From Mycolicibacterium smegmatis (GTDB taxonomy: Bacteria; Actinomycetota; Actinomycetes; Mycobacteriales; Mycobacteriaceae), in contig NZ_LN831039.1 of NCBI RefSeq assembly GCF_001457595.1, forward strand, positions 1,740,001 through 1,772,000: DNA of 32,000 nucleotides, in the 5' to 3' direction. Below the pieces are notes generated by a model that was given only the letters and a program-made list of their open reading frames with translations, did no database searches and was not told the DNA's origin. Below are positions 16,357 through 27,081 of the stretch, in pieces (the stretch's first letter is position 1; each line of letters starts with the position of its first letter). The position numbers were made by a program, and so were the translations under genes.

Positions 16357-16789
16357 TATGGAAAACCCCTCCCTGCGCGCTCATTTCGAAACTGAACGCG
16401 TGCGTGAGTCGGTGGAATCAGACTGAGCATGTGTCGCCGGTGACCTGCCGTGCACACAAACTAGGGGCGCTCAATAAAAACCGTCAATACCCTGAGCGTG
16501 TGCTCAACCGCATAACGGCAGGTCCAGAATTTACATCACGTTCATCGTTCTGAAGCGCTGCCCGAGACAACCGTGTTAGGGGGCAAGGGCAGGCTAACCC
16601 GTTTCCGCTGATCGTGCAGCGCGAGTAATACGCGGCATTTCCTAGCGTCTGGCAGTTAGTTGACACGGCAGTAACATTCGCGGCATGAACTGTTAACTAT
16701 TGTTGTTTGCACAACATTCATGTGCGTATCCCGCGGTGCCGGTTCCGGTGGACCCCCGCCGGAGCAGGTGTTGATAGCGTCCCGAACCG

Positions 16790-17596
16790 ATGTCCGCTAT
16801 TGACGACGTGACCGCAACGCTGGCCGAGGCGGCGTTCGGTGACGATCCCGGCCGGTGGCCCCTACCGAGCGCGTCCACACCGCACGAGCGCTGGCTACGC
16901 GCCGTGGCTGCAGGCGGACAGGGGCGGTACAACTGCGCCTTGACCGAACTCGCCGAGCTTATCCGGGCCGAGCGGGGTTCGCTGGGTACTCCGCTCGTCT
17001 CGCTGGCCCACAGCACCCGCGCATCGTTTCTGCGTCAACTCGGCTGGCACACCCGCGCGCGCGGAGCCGACGGGCTGGCGTGGGCGCACCGGGGCACGGA
17101 TCCCGAGGCCGCCGCCGACGCGCTCGTGGGACTCGCCGCCGACGCCCTCGGGGTGGGACGGTTCGCGGCGTCGGCGCGGTTGCTGGAGCGTGCGCGCACC
17201 GAACTCGGCGACGTGAGTGCGCGCGTCGCGGTGCGCACCGCGTGGGTGAGCGCCGAACTGGCGATGGTGACGGGCGACGGCCCCACCGCGGTGGTCCACG
17301 CCGAACGCGGGGTCGCGGCCGCGGCCGAATACACCTCCATGCGGCACACCATCAAGTCCGACGTGGTTATGGCGGCCGCGCTGTGCAGTGCCGGGCGGCT
17401 CGACGACGCGCGGGTGGTTGCCGACAGGGCGCTGCAGGCAACCGCTGATAACGGGTTGATCCCGCTGCGTTGGGCGCTGGCGTGTCTGCTCGCCGACATA
17501 GGAAGTACGGCTCACACTCTCGAAGAGGTCCGCGAAATCCGCGACGGCACCGCCGATACAGTGCGTCGCAGAGGTGGCGTGTGGTCGAGTCACTGA
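16790..17596 (+). CDS. conserved hypothetical protein (Rv3415c-like by position, upstream of sigD)
   Basis: 268-aa ORF with high GC3, Ala/Arg-rich and helical-repeat-like. Occupies the slot between whiB3 and sigD, as Rv3415c does in M. tuberculosis. Confidence 0.7.
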   Translation: MSAIDDVTATLAEAAFGDDPGRWPLPSASTPHERWLRAVAAGGQGRYNCALTELAELIRAERGSLGTPLVSLAHSTRASFLRQLGWHTRARGADGLAWAHRGTDPEAAADALVGLAADALGVGRFAASARLLERARTELGDVSARVAVRTAWVSAELAMVTGDGPTAVVHAERGVAAAAEYTSMRHTIKSDVVMAAALCSAGRLDDARVVADRALQATADNGLIPLRWALACLLADIGSTAHTLEEVREIRDGTADTVRRRGGVWSSH

Positions 17597-17685
17597 GCCG
17601 GTCCCCACACAGCCGATCGTTATTGTTTAGCTGAGCCAACCGCCGCGAGTGTCGGTGCCAAGTAACGCTGGAGAGATCGCCCACG

Positions 17686-18264
17686 ATGACAAGTTCGGGA
17701 GACCGTCTCGACGCTGTCGTTGCTGAGGCCGTGGCCGGCGATCGAGATGCGCTCCGGGAAGTGCTGGAGATCATTCGGCCGATCATCGTCAGGTATTGCC
17801 GGGCGAGGATCGGAGCAACCGAGCGAAGTGGTCTTTCAGCTGATGACGTTGCGCAGGAGGTGTGCTTGGCCGCCATAACGGCGTTGCCGCGATACAGGGA
17901 TCAGGGACGTCCATTCCTGGCCTTTGTGTACGGCATTGCTGCGCACAAGGTTGCTGACGCGCATCGCGCGGCAGCCAGGAACCGCGCCGAACCGACCGAT
18001 GTGGTGCCGGAGCGGTTCTCGCTGGACACCGGGCCCGAGCAATCCGCCATCGACTCCGAATCCTCGGCCCGGATGGCGAAACTGCTCTCGGTACTCCCCG
18101 AGAAGCAACGCGAGATCTTGATCCTGCGTGTCGTCGTCGGCATGAGCGCCGAAGAGACCGCAGAGGCCGTCGGCAGCACTGCCGGCGCGGTCCGGGTCGC
18201 CCAGCACCGGGCGCTGGCCCGGTTGAAGACGGAGATCATGGCGACAGGACGTGATCATGCCTGA
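17686..18264 (+). CDS. sigD: ECF RNA polymerase sigma factor SigD
   Basis: 192 aa. RLDAVVAEAVAGDRDALREVLEIIRPIIVRYCRARIG...SADDVAQEVCLAAITALPRYRDQGRPFLAFVYGIAAHKVADAHR...REILILRVVVGMSAEETAEAVGSTAGAVRVAQHRALARLK closely matches M. tuberculosis SigD regions 2 and 4 as I recall them. Confidence 0.92.
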   Translation: MTSSGDRLDAVVAEAVAGDRDALREVLEIIRPIIVRYCRARIGATERSGLSADDVAQEVCLAAITALPRYRDQGRPFLAFVYGIAAHKVADAHRAAARNRAEPTDVVPERFSLDTGPEQSAIDSESSARMAKLLSVLPEKQREILILRVVVGMSAEETAEAVGSTAGAVRVAQHRALARLKTEIMATGRDHA

Positions 18265-19459
18265 CTTCGGACGCTGGACATCGAACGGCGGTGACCCGTC
18301 GCTCAACGAGATCAACCGCACCGACCGCTTCATCGAAGCCCTGTCGCTGGAACAGCCCGTCTATTCGACCGATCCGGAAGAGGCCGAACTGGCCTTCCTG
18401 TTGGCGGGCTGGCGCGACGACGTCCGTCAGGCGCCCATGACGGGCATCATCAACCCGCGCGAGGCGGTCGTGGCGCTCGATCGTGCCGTGGCACGCAACC
18501 GCCCGCGCCTGCCGTTGGCGCTGGTGGGTTCGGCGGCGGCCGCGGTGCTGTGCCTGGGCGGATTCGGCGCGGCCGTGTACGGCTCGAGTCCCGGCGACGC
18601 GCTCTACGGTCTGCGCGGCATGATCTTCGGCGAGCAGGCCACCCGCGACGTGCAGGTCGAGCTGGCGTCGACCGAGTTGGAGCAGGTCCAGCAGCTGATC
18701 GACCAGGGCGACTGGCAGGCGGCTCAGCAGAAGCTGCAGACCCTGACCACCACGGTCGCCACGGTCAACGACGAGGCGCAGAAGCAACAGCTGGTCACGC
18801 AGTGGCAGCAGTTGTCGGTCAAGGTCGAGAACCAGGATCCGAATGCCACGGTGGCGCCGGACGCGCCGCCACCGGTGTTCCCCGAAGTGACGATCACGCC
18901 GCCCGCGCCGACGGATACGTCGGCGGTGGAGACGACGCCGGAGTCGGCGACCCCGTCGGAGCCCACCTCACCGGGCGAGTCGGCGACCCCGAGCGACACA
19001 AGCGACACGTCGGAGCCGTCGAGTGAGACGACCGTGCCGTCGAGCCCGACGCCGAGTACTGCGCCGTCGTCGAGCGTGCCGACCGCCACCTCCCAGACCC
19101 CGCCATCCACTCAGGCGCCGACCTCGACGCCCACGTCCGGCACCGCGGTGCCGCTGCCGTCGCCGGTCGAGGACGAAGAGCCCGCAGAAGAGCCGGAACC
19201 GACGTCGGTGCCGCAGGCCCCGACGAGTGCCCCGGCCGAGCCCGCGGAGCCGTCCGGGCCTCCCGGGGATCCGGCGCGTCCTCCCGTGACGGCCACCACG
19301 ACCGTGACGTTGCCCACGCAGGCGGGGCCGGCGCAGGGCCCGAACGGCCGCGGTAACGGCCCGGGCAATGGTGCGAAGCCGGCAGAACCTGCGCAGCCGA
19401 AAGCGCCCGAAGAACCTGCGGTCCAGGTCCCGCTGCTGCCGGGTATGGGTGAGAACTGA
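18251..19459 (+). CDS. rsdA: anti-sigma-D factor RsdA with a long Pro/Thr/Ser-rich extracytoplasmic tail
   Basis: Overlaps the sigD 3' end (GTG at 18251, alternative ATG at 18257). N-terminal sigma-binding region LNEINRTDRFIEALS...LAGWRDDVR. Single TM helix LALVGSAAAAVLCLGGFGAAVY. Conserved QQLIDQGDWQAAQQKLQ block, then about 220 aa of P/T/S/A/E-rich sequence. Confidence 0.8.
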   Translation: MIMPDFGRWTSNGGDPSLNEINRTDRFIEALSLEQPVYSTDPEEAELAFLLAGWRDDVRQAPMTGIINPREAVVALDRAVARNRPRLPLALVGSAAAAVLCLGGFGAAVYGSSPGDALYGLRGMIFGEQATRDVQVELASTELEQVQQLIDQGDWQAAQQKLQTLTTTVATVNDEAQKQQLVTQWQQLSVKVENQDPNATVAPDAPPPVFPEVTITPPAPTDTSAVETTPESATPSEPTSPGESATPSDTSDTSEPSSETTVPSSPTPSTAPSSSVPTATSQTPPSTQAPTSTPTSGTAVPLPSPVEDEEPAEEPEPTSVPQAPTSAPAEPAEPSGPPGDPARPPVTATTTVTLPTQAGPAQGPNGRGNGPGNGAKPAEPAQPKAPEEPAVQVPLLPGMGEN

Positions 19460-19489
19460 CGTCAGTGCGACGTCGGTGAGCGCTGAAGG

Positions 19490-19495
<6 letters not shown>
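19458..19495. terminator. two short hairpins between the convergent rsdA and Rv3412-like genes
   Basis: GACGTC-AGTGC-GACGTC (19458-19474) and CGCTGA-AGG-TCAGCG (19481-19495). The second overlaps the minus-strand stop codon. No U-tract. Confidence 0.3.
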
Positions 19496-21583
<2,088 letters not shown>

Positions 21584-21602
21584 ACAGGGGGACCCTTCAG
21601 TC

Positions 21603-22739
21603 ATGCGTGACATGGTTGAAATCGGCATGGGCAGAACCGCCCGCCGCACATACGAACTCGAAGATGTCACGATCGTCCCGTCGCGCCGTACGCGGTCGTC
21701 CAAGGACGTGTCGACGGCGTGGCAGCTCGACGCCTACCGGTTCGAGATCCCCGTGGTCGCCCATCCGACCGACGCGCTGGTGTCGCCGGAGTTCGCGATC
21801 GAGATGGGGCGCCTCGGCGGTCTCGGCGTCCTCAACGGCGAAGGCCTGATCGGCCGTCACGCCGACGTCGAGGAGAAGATCGCCCAGGTGGTCGAGGTGG
21901 CCGCCAAGGAGCCCGAGCCCTCGGCCGCGATCCGTCTGCTGCAACAGCTGCACGCCGCGCCGCTGGATCCCGACCTGCTGGGCGCGGCCGTGGCGCGCAT
22001 CCGCGAGGCGGGTGTGACCACCGCCGTGCGCGTGAGCCCGCAGAACGCCCAGGCCCTGACGCCGACACTGGTGGCGGCCGGGATCGACCTGCTGGTCATC
22101 CAGGGCACGATCATCTCCGCCGAGCGCGTCGCCTCCGATGGTGAGCCGCTCAACCTCAAGACCTTCATCTCCGAGCTCGACGTGCCCGTGGTGGCAGGCG
22201 GCGTGCTCGACCACCGCACCGCGCTGCACCTCATGCGCACCGGCGCGGCCGGCGTCATCGTCGGCTACGGCTCCACGAGCGGTGTGACCACCAGCGACGA
22301 GGTGCTCGGCATCAGCGTGCCGATGGCCACCGCGATCGCCGACGCCGCCGCCGCGCGCCGCGAATACCTCGACGAGACCGGCGGCCGTTACGTGCACGTG
22401 CTCGCCGACGGCGACATCCACAGCTCCGGCGATCTCGCGAAGGCCATCGCGTGCGGTGCCGACGCCGTGGTGCTCGGCACGCCGCTGGCCACCTCGGCCG
22501 AGGCATTGGGCAACGGCTGGTTCTGGCCGTCGGCCGCGGCGCACCCGTCGCTGCCGCGCGGCGCGCTGCTGCAGGTCGCCTTGGGCGAGCGACCTTCGCT
22601 GGAGCAGGTGCTCACCGGTCCGTCCGACGACCCGTTCGGTTCGTTGAACCTGGTCGGCGGTCTGCGCCGCTCGATGGCCAAGGCCGGCTATTGCGATCTC
22701 AAGGAATTCCAGAAAGTGGGCCTGACTGTCGGCAGCTGA
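21603..22739 (+). CDS. guaB3: IMPDH-related GuaB3-type protein (lacks the CBS insert)
   Basis: 378 aa: VEIGMGRTARRTYELEDVTIVPSRRTRSSKDVSTAWQLDAYRFEIPVVAHPTDALVSPEFAIEMGRLGGLGVLNGEGL. Close to M. tuberculosis Rv3410c as I recall it. Alternative start ATG at 21612. Confidence 0.9.
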   Translation: MRDMVEIGMGRTARRTYELEDVTIVPSRRTRSSKDVSTAWQLDAYRFEIPVVAHPTDALVSPEFAIEMGRLGGLGVLNGEGLIGRHADVEEKIAQVVEVAAKEPEPSAAIRLLQQLHAAPLDPDLLGAAVARIREAGVTTAVRVSPQNAQALTPTLVAAGIDLLVIQGTIISAERVASDGEPLNLKTFISELDVPVVAGGVLDHRTALHLMRTGAAGVIVGYGSTSGVTTSDEVLGISVPMATAIADAAAARREYLDETGGRYVHVLADGDIHSSGDLAKAIACGADAVVLGTPLATSAEALGNGWFWPSAAAHPSLPRGALLQVALGERPSLEQVLTGPSDDPFGSLNLVGGLRRSMAKAGYCDLKEFQKVGLTVGS

Positions 22740-22747
22740 GCCGACAG
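22726..22747 (+). terminator. hairpin overlapping the guaB3 stop codon
   Basis: 8-bp stem CTGTCGGC (22726-22733) / GCCGACAG (22740-22747) with loop AGCTGA, followed by CTTTACAAGTT. Confidence 0.35.
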
Positions 22748-22778
22748 CTTTACAAGTTAGGCCCTCCTGTCTAGAAAG

Positions 22779-22792
22779 TTACCGGCCGGTAA
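22779..22792. promoter_or_regulatory. perfect 14-bp palindrome TTACCGGCCGGTAA immediately upstream of choD (operator candidate)
   Basis: Lies 16 nt upstream of the choD ATG. A -10-like CATACT (22795-22800) ends 7 nt before the ATG, and no Shine-Dalgarno is present. That geometry is typical of a mycobacterial leaderless mRNA. Confidence 0.45.
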
Positions 22793-22807
22793 TCCATACT
22801 GGTTGCC

Positions 22808-24544
22808 ATGAAGCCTGACTACGACGTCTTGGTGATCGGTTCCGGATTCGGCGGAAGCGTGAGTGCGCTGCGGCTCACCGAAAAGGGCTACCGGGTGGGT
22901 GTGCTCGAAGCGGGCCGTCGCTTCTCCGACGAAGAGTTCGCGAAGACCTCGTGGCAGCTCCGCAAATTTCTGTGGGCGCCCAAGCTCGGTTGCTACGGCA
23001 TCCAGCGCATCCACCTGCTGCGCAACGTGATGATCCTGGCCGGCGCCGGTGTCGGCGGCGGATCACTCAATTACGCCAACACGCTGTACGTGCCGCCGGA
23101 GCCGTTCTTCGCCGACCGCCAGTGGGCCGGCATCACCGACTGGCGCGCCGAACTCACGCCGCACTACGACCAGGCGCAGCGCATGCTGGGCGTGGTCACC
23201 AACCCGACCTTCACCGACGCCGACCGCGTGGTGAAAGAGGTCGCCGACGAGATGGGCGTCGGCGACACGTTCGTGCAGACGCCGGTCGGGGTGTTCTTCG
23301 GTCCCGACGGGGAGAAGACGCCCGGCAAGACCGTGCCGGACCCGTACTTCGGTGGCGTGGGCCCGGACCGCACCGGGTGCATCGAGTGCGGATCGTGCAT
23401 GACCGGGTGCCGCTACGGCGCAAAGAACACGCTGCTCAAGAACTACCTGGGGCTCGCAGAACGAGGCGGTGCCGAGGTGCATCCGCTGCGGACCGTGGCC
23501 GGGTTCGAACAACTGCCCGACGGCACCTGGCGCGTCGACACCGTACGCACCGGCCGGTGGGCACGTAAGGACAAGCGCTCGTTCACCGCGACACACGTGG
23601 TGCTGGCCGCGGGCACCTGGGGTACGCAGCGGCTGCTGTTCAAGATGCGCGACACCGGCAAGCTGCCCAAGCTGTCGTCGCGGCTGGGCGTGCTGACGCG
23701 CACCAACTCCGAATCGATCGTCGGGGCCGGGCGCTACGAGGTCACGCCGGATCTGGACCTCACCCACGGCGTGGCGATCACGTCGTCGATCCACCCGACA
23801 CCCGACACCCACATCGAACCCGTGCGCTACGGCAAGGGCTCCAACGCGATGGGGCTGCTGCAGACGCTGATGACCGACGGCGACGGACCCGACGGCGCGG
23901 GAATCCCGCGATGGAAACAGCTGCTGCGCAACGCCGCCGAGGACCCGCGTGGCACACTGCGCCTGCTCAACGTGCACCGCTGGAGTGAGCGCACGCTCAT
24001 CGCGCTGGTCATGCAGCATCTGGACAACTCGATCACCACCTACACCAAACGCAACCGTCTGGGCATCCGGCGCTACCTGAGCAAGCAGGGGCACGGTGCG
24101 CCCAACCCCACCTGGATCCCGGTGGGCAACGAGGTGACCCGGCGGATCGCCAAGAAGATCGACGGCGTCGCGGGCGGCACGTGGGGCGAGCTGTTCAACA
24201 TCCCGCTGACCGCGCACTTCCTCGGCGGCGCTGCCATCGGCGACAGCCCGGAAACCGGCGTCATCGACCCCTACCAGCGCGTCTACAACTATCCGACGCT
24301 GCACGTCATGGACGGCGCTGCGATCTCGGCCAACCTCGGGGTGAACCCGTCGCTGTCCATCACGGCCCAGGCCGAGCGGGCGACGTCGCTGTGGCCCAAC
24401 AAGGGCGAGCAGGATCAGCGGCCCGACCAGGGCGAGCCGTACCGGCGGCTCGCGTCGATCGCGCCCGTCCATCCCGTGGTGCCCGCCGACGCTCCTGGCG
24501 CGCTGCGCCGGCTGCCGATCGAACCCGTGTCGTCGGCGGGGTAG
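22808..24544 (+). CDS. choD: GMC-family FAD oxidoreductase, cholesterol-oxidase-like ChoD
   Basis: 578 aa. FAD-binding YDVLVIGSGFGGSVSALRLTEKGYRVGVLEAG. Conserved position after guaB/guaB3, as for Rv3409c. Confidence 0.88.
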   Translation: MKPDYDVLVIGSGFGGSVSALRLTEKGYRVGVLEAGRRFSDEEFAKTSWQLRKFLWAPKLGCYGIQRIHLLRNVMILAGAGVGGGSLNYANTLYVPPEPFFADRQWAGITDWRAELTPHYDQAQRMLGVVTNPTFTDADRVVKEVADEMGVGDTFVQTPVGVFFGPDGEKTPGKTVPDPYFGGVGPDRTGCIECGSCMTGCRYGAKNTLLKNYLGLAERGGAEVHPLRTVAGFEQLPDGTWRVDTVRTGRWARKDKRSFTATHVVLAAGTWGTQRLLFKMRDTGKLPKLSSRLGVLTRTNSESIVGAGRYEVTPDLDLTHGVAITSSIHPTPDTHIEPVRYGKGSNAMGLLQTLMTDGDGPDGAGIPRWKQLLRNAAEDPRGTLRLLNVHRWSERTLIALVMQHLDNSITTYTKRNRLGIRRYLSKQGHGAPNPTWIPVGNEVTRRIAKKIDGVAGGTWGELFNIPLTAHFLGGAAIGDSPETGVIDPYQRVYNYPTLHVMDGAAISANLGVNPSLSITAQAERATSLWPNKGEQDQRPDQGEPYRRLASIAPVHPVVPADAPGALRRLPIEPVSSAG

Positions 24545-24626
24545 AAACGTCGATTGAAGAGGCCACCGGATGGGTACCTACGTCCTCATCCGGGGCGACG
24601 GGTTCCCGGCCGGGAGGTCATGGGCG

Positions 24627-25286
24627 ATGCGAGCTGTGTTCCACCAGCAGCTGACCGCGCTGAGCGCGGAGCTGGGCGAGATGTGCGGTCTGGCGGCGAG
24701 CGCGATGGAGCGCGCGACGCAGGCTCTCCTGGAATCCGATCTGACGCTGGCCGAAGAGGTTCTGGACACCCACGAGCTCATCGCGCTGCGCAACCGGCAC
24801 GTCGAGCAGACGGCGTTCAAACTGCTCGCGTTGCAGCAGCCCGTGGCCAGTGAGCTGCGTATGGTTGTCGGGTCCATGCACATCGCCGCCGATCTCGACC
24901 GCATGGGCGCGCTCGCCTCGCACGTGGCCCGCATCTCCCGGCTGCGCCATCCCGACTGCGCGGTGCCCGCCGATGTCCGCGCCAGCATCGCCGCCATGGG
25001 CGCCGGGGCCGTGAAGCTCGCCCGCATCGCGCAAGAGGTGCTGATCACGCGGGACCCCGACACCGCGGCGCGGCTGCGAGCCGAGGACGACGCGGTCGAC
25101 GCCGAACACCGGCATCTGTTCACGCTCCTGATGGACCACCACTGGCAGGACGGCGTGAGCTGTGCGGTGGATGTCGCGCTGCTCAGCCGCTATTACGAGC
25201 GGTTCGCCGACCATGCCGTCGAGATCGGCAAGCGCGTGGTGTTCGAGGCGACCGGCGGTATGCCGAGCCACAAGAAACTCGCCTGA
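24627..25286 (+). CDS. phoU: phosphate-signalling regulator, PhoU family (PhoY/PhoU2-like)
   Basis: The ATG at 24627 lies 9 nt after GGGAGG. MRAVFHQQLTALSAELGEMCGLAASAMERATQALLESDLTLAEEV...DRMGALASHVARI...LLSRYYERFADHAVEIGKRVVF shows the two PhoU repeats with E/DxxxD-type motifs. About 219 aa is the canonical length. The track ORF start at 24570 is an upstream extension. Confidence 0.9.
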   Translation: MRAVFHQQLTALSAELGEMCGLAASAMERATQALLESDLTLAEEVLDTHELIALRNRHVEQTAFKLLALQQPVASELRMVVGSMHIAADLDRMGALASHVARISRLRHPDCAVPADVRASIAAMGAGAVKLARIAQEVLITRDPDTAARLRAEDDAVDAEHRHLFTLLMDHHWQDGVSCAVDVALLSRYYERFADHAVEIGKRVVFEATGGMPSHKKLA

Positions 25287-25440
25287 TTACCGGCTAGCGG
25301 TAAACAGCGGGTACGGAGCAGATCACCAGGGAGATGCCAGGCAGCGTCGATGCTGCCGGATACCGCTTCGAGAGAAGGTTTTCGCAGCCTCAGCAACAGC
25401 TGAACAGCCGAAAATATTCCCTCCGACAGGCGGTAATCCA

Positions 25441-27054
25441 ATGTCCGATCAGAAGACCGTTCACGACGTCACCTACGATCTGCTGCGAAAGCTCGGTCTG
25501 ACAACAGTTTTCGGTAACCCCGGCTCCACCGAGGAGTCGTTTCTGCGGGACTTCCCCGAGGATTTCACCTACGTGCTCGCGCTGCAGGAGGCCTCCGCGC
25601 TGGTCATGGCCGACGGTTTCGCGCAGGCGACCGGCAAGCCCGCGCTGGTGAATCTGCACACCGCGGCAGGTACCGGTAACGCGATGGGCAGCCTGGTCGC
25701 GGCGTACCGGGCCAACACGCCGCTCATCATCACCGCCGGGCAGCAGACCCGCGAGATGTCGGTCGTCGACCCGTATCTCAACAATCCCGACGCGACCACG
25801 ATGCCCAAGCCGTGGGTCAAGTGGTCGTACGAACCGGCCCGTGCCGAGGACGTCCCGGCGGCGTTCATGCAGGCCTACGCGGTCGCCATGCAGCCGCCCA
25901 TGGGCCCGGTGTTCCTGTCCATCCCGCTGGACGACTGGGACAAGCCCGCACTCGGGCCCGCCGCCGTCCGCAGCGTCAGCACCCGCGTCGCGCCCGACGC
26001 CGAACGCCTGGCACAGTTCGCCGAGCGCATCAACGCGGCCAAGCACCCCATGCTGGTGCTCGGGCCCGAGGTGGACCGGGCCGGCGCCTGGGATGCCGGC
26101 ATCGAGTTTGCCGAAAAGCTCGGTGCGCCAGTACATGCCAGCGCGTTGCCGGATCGCATGTCCTTCCCCGAGGATCACCCGCTGTACGCAGGCCCGCTGC
26201 CCATGACCATCGCGGGCGTCGAACAGGCCGTCAGCGCCTACGATCTGGTCGTGGTGGTCGGCGCCGAGGTGTTCCGGTACTACCCGTACGTGCCGGGGGA
26301 GTACCTGCCGGAGGGCACCGATCTGCTGCAGATCACCGCCGACCCGCACCGCAGTGCCGTGGCCCCGGTGGGCGACAGCCTGGTCGGCGATGTCGGCATC
26401 GCACTGAGCCGGCTCACCGAGCTGATCGACACCCCGGCCGACCGTGTGCCACCGAAACCACTGGTGCGGCAGCGTCATTCGGACATCCCATCGACAGCGC
26501 CCATGACCTCCAACGCGGTCTACGAGGTGCTGAGCAACGTCAAGCCCGACGACGCCGCGGTGGTCATGGAATCGACGTCGACCATGCTCGACCTGTTCAC
26601 GTGGCTGCCGACGACGCACCCCGCGAGCTTCTTCGCGACGGGCAGCGGCGGTATCGGGTGGGGCGTGCCCGCGGCCGTGGGCATCGCCCTCGGTGACCGC
26701 GCCCGCGGCGTCGACCGCACGGTCGTCGCGACCATCGGCGACGGTTCCTTCCAGTACTCGATCCAGGCGATCTGGACTGCCGCGCAACACAAACTGCCCA
26801 TCGTGTTCGTGGTGCTGCGCAACGGCGAGTACGCGATCCTCAAGTCGTTCGCCAACCTGGAGAAGACACCGAACGTGCCCGGGCTGCAACTTCCCGGCCT
26901 GGACATCTCGTCGCTGGCCGCCGGATTCGGTTGCCGCACCGCCACAGTCGAGAGCACCGACATGCTCGAGGCCGAGTTCAAGACCGCGCTGCAGGCCGAC
27001 GGCCCCACGGTGCTGGTGGTGCCCACCCTGCCCCAGCTGCCCCAGCTCGGCTGA
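25441..27054 (+). CDS. mdlC: thiamine-diphosphate-dependent decarboxylase, benzoylformate decarboxylase-like
   Basis: From the ATG at 25441: MSDQKTVHDVTYDLLRKLGLTTVFGNPGSTEESFLRDFPEDFTYVLALQEASALVMADGFAQATGKPALVNLHTAAGTGNAMGSL...TAGQQTREM. This aligns closely with Pseudomonas putida MdlC as I recall it. ThDP motif IGDGSFQYS...VVLRNGEY. The track ORF from 25162 is an upstream extension. Confidence 0.85.
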   Translation: MSDQKTVHDVTYDLLRKLGLTTVFGNPGSTEESFLRDFPEDFTYVLALQEASALVMADGFAQATGKPALVNLHTAAGTGNAMGSLVAAYRANTPLIITAGQQTREMSVVDPYLNNPDATTMPKPWVKWSYEPARAEDVPAAFMQAYAVAMQPPMGPVFLSIPLDDWDKPALGPAAVRSVSTRVAPDAERLAQFAERINAAKHPMLVLGPEVDRAGAWDAGIEFAEKLGAPVHASALPDRMSFPEDHPLYAGPLPMTIAGVEQAVSAYDLVVVVGAEVFRYYPYVPGEYLPEGTDLLQITADPHRSAVAPVGDSLVGDVGIALSRLTELIDTPADRVPPKPLVRQRHSDIPSTAPMTSNAVYEVLSNVKPDDAAVVMESTSTMLDLFTWLPTTHPASFFATGSGGIGWGVPAAVGIALGDRARGVDRTVVATIGDGSFQYSIQAIWTAAQHKLPIVFVVLRNGEYAILKSFANLEKTPNVPGLQLPGLDISSLAAGFGCRTATVESTDMLEAEFKTALQADGPTVLVVPTLPQLPQLG

Positions 27055-27081
27055 GCCCGGTCACGAACAGGAGACGAAACG

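Noticed and set aside
24567-24593. Inverted repeat CCGGATG-N13-CATCCGG between choD and phoU as a terminator or operator.
   Set aside because: 7-bp stem with a large loop and no U-tract. It lies inside the spurious upstream extension of phoU. It is plausible but too weak to call.
22740-24626. Search for the vapBC47-type toxin-antitoxin pair that flanks choD in M. tuberculosis, or any other defence or TA module.
   Set aside because: No small paired ORFs with PIN/VapB-like features are present. choD is followed directly by phoU.
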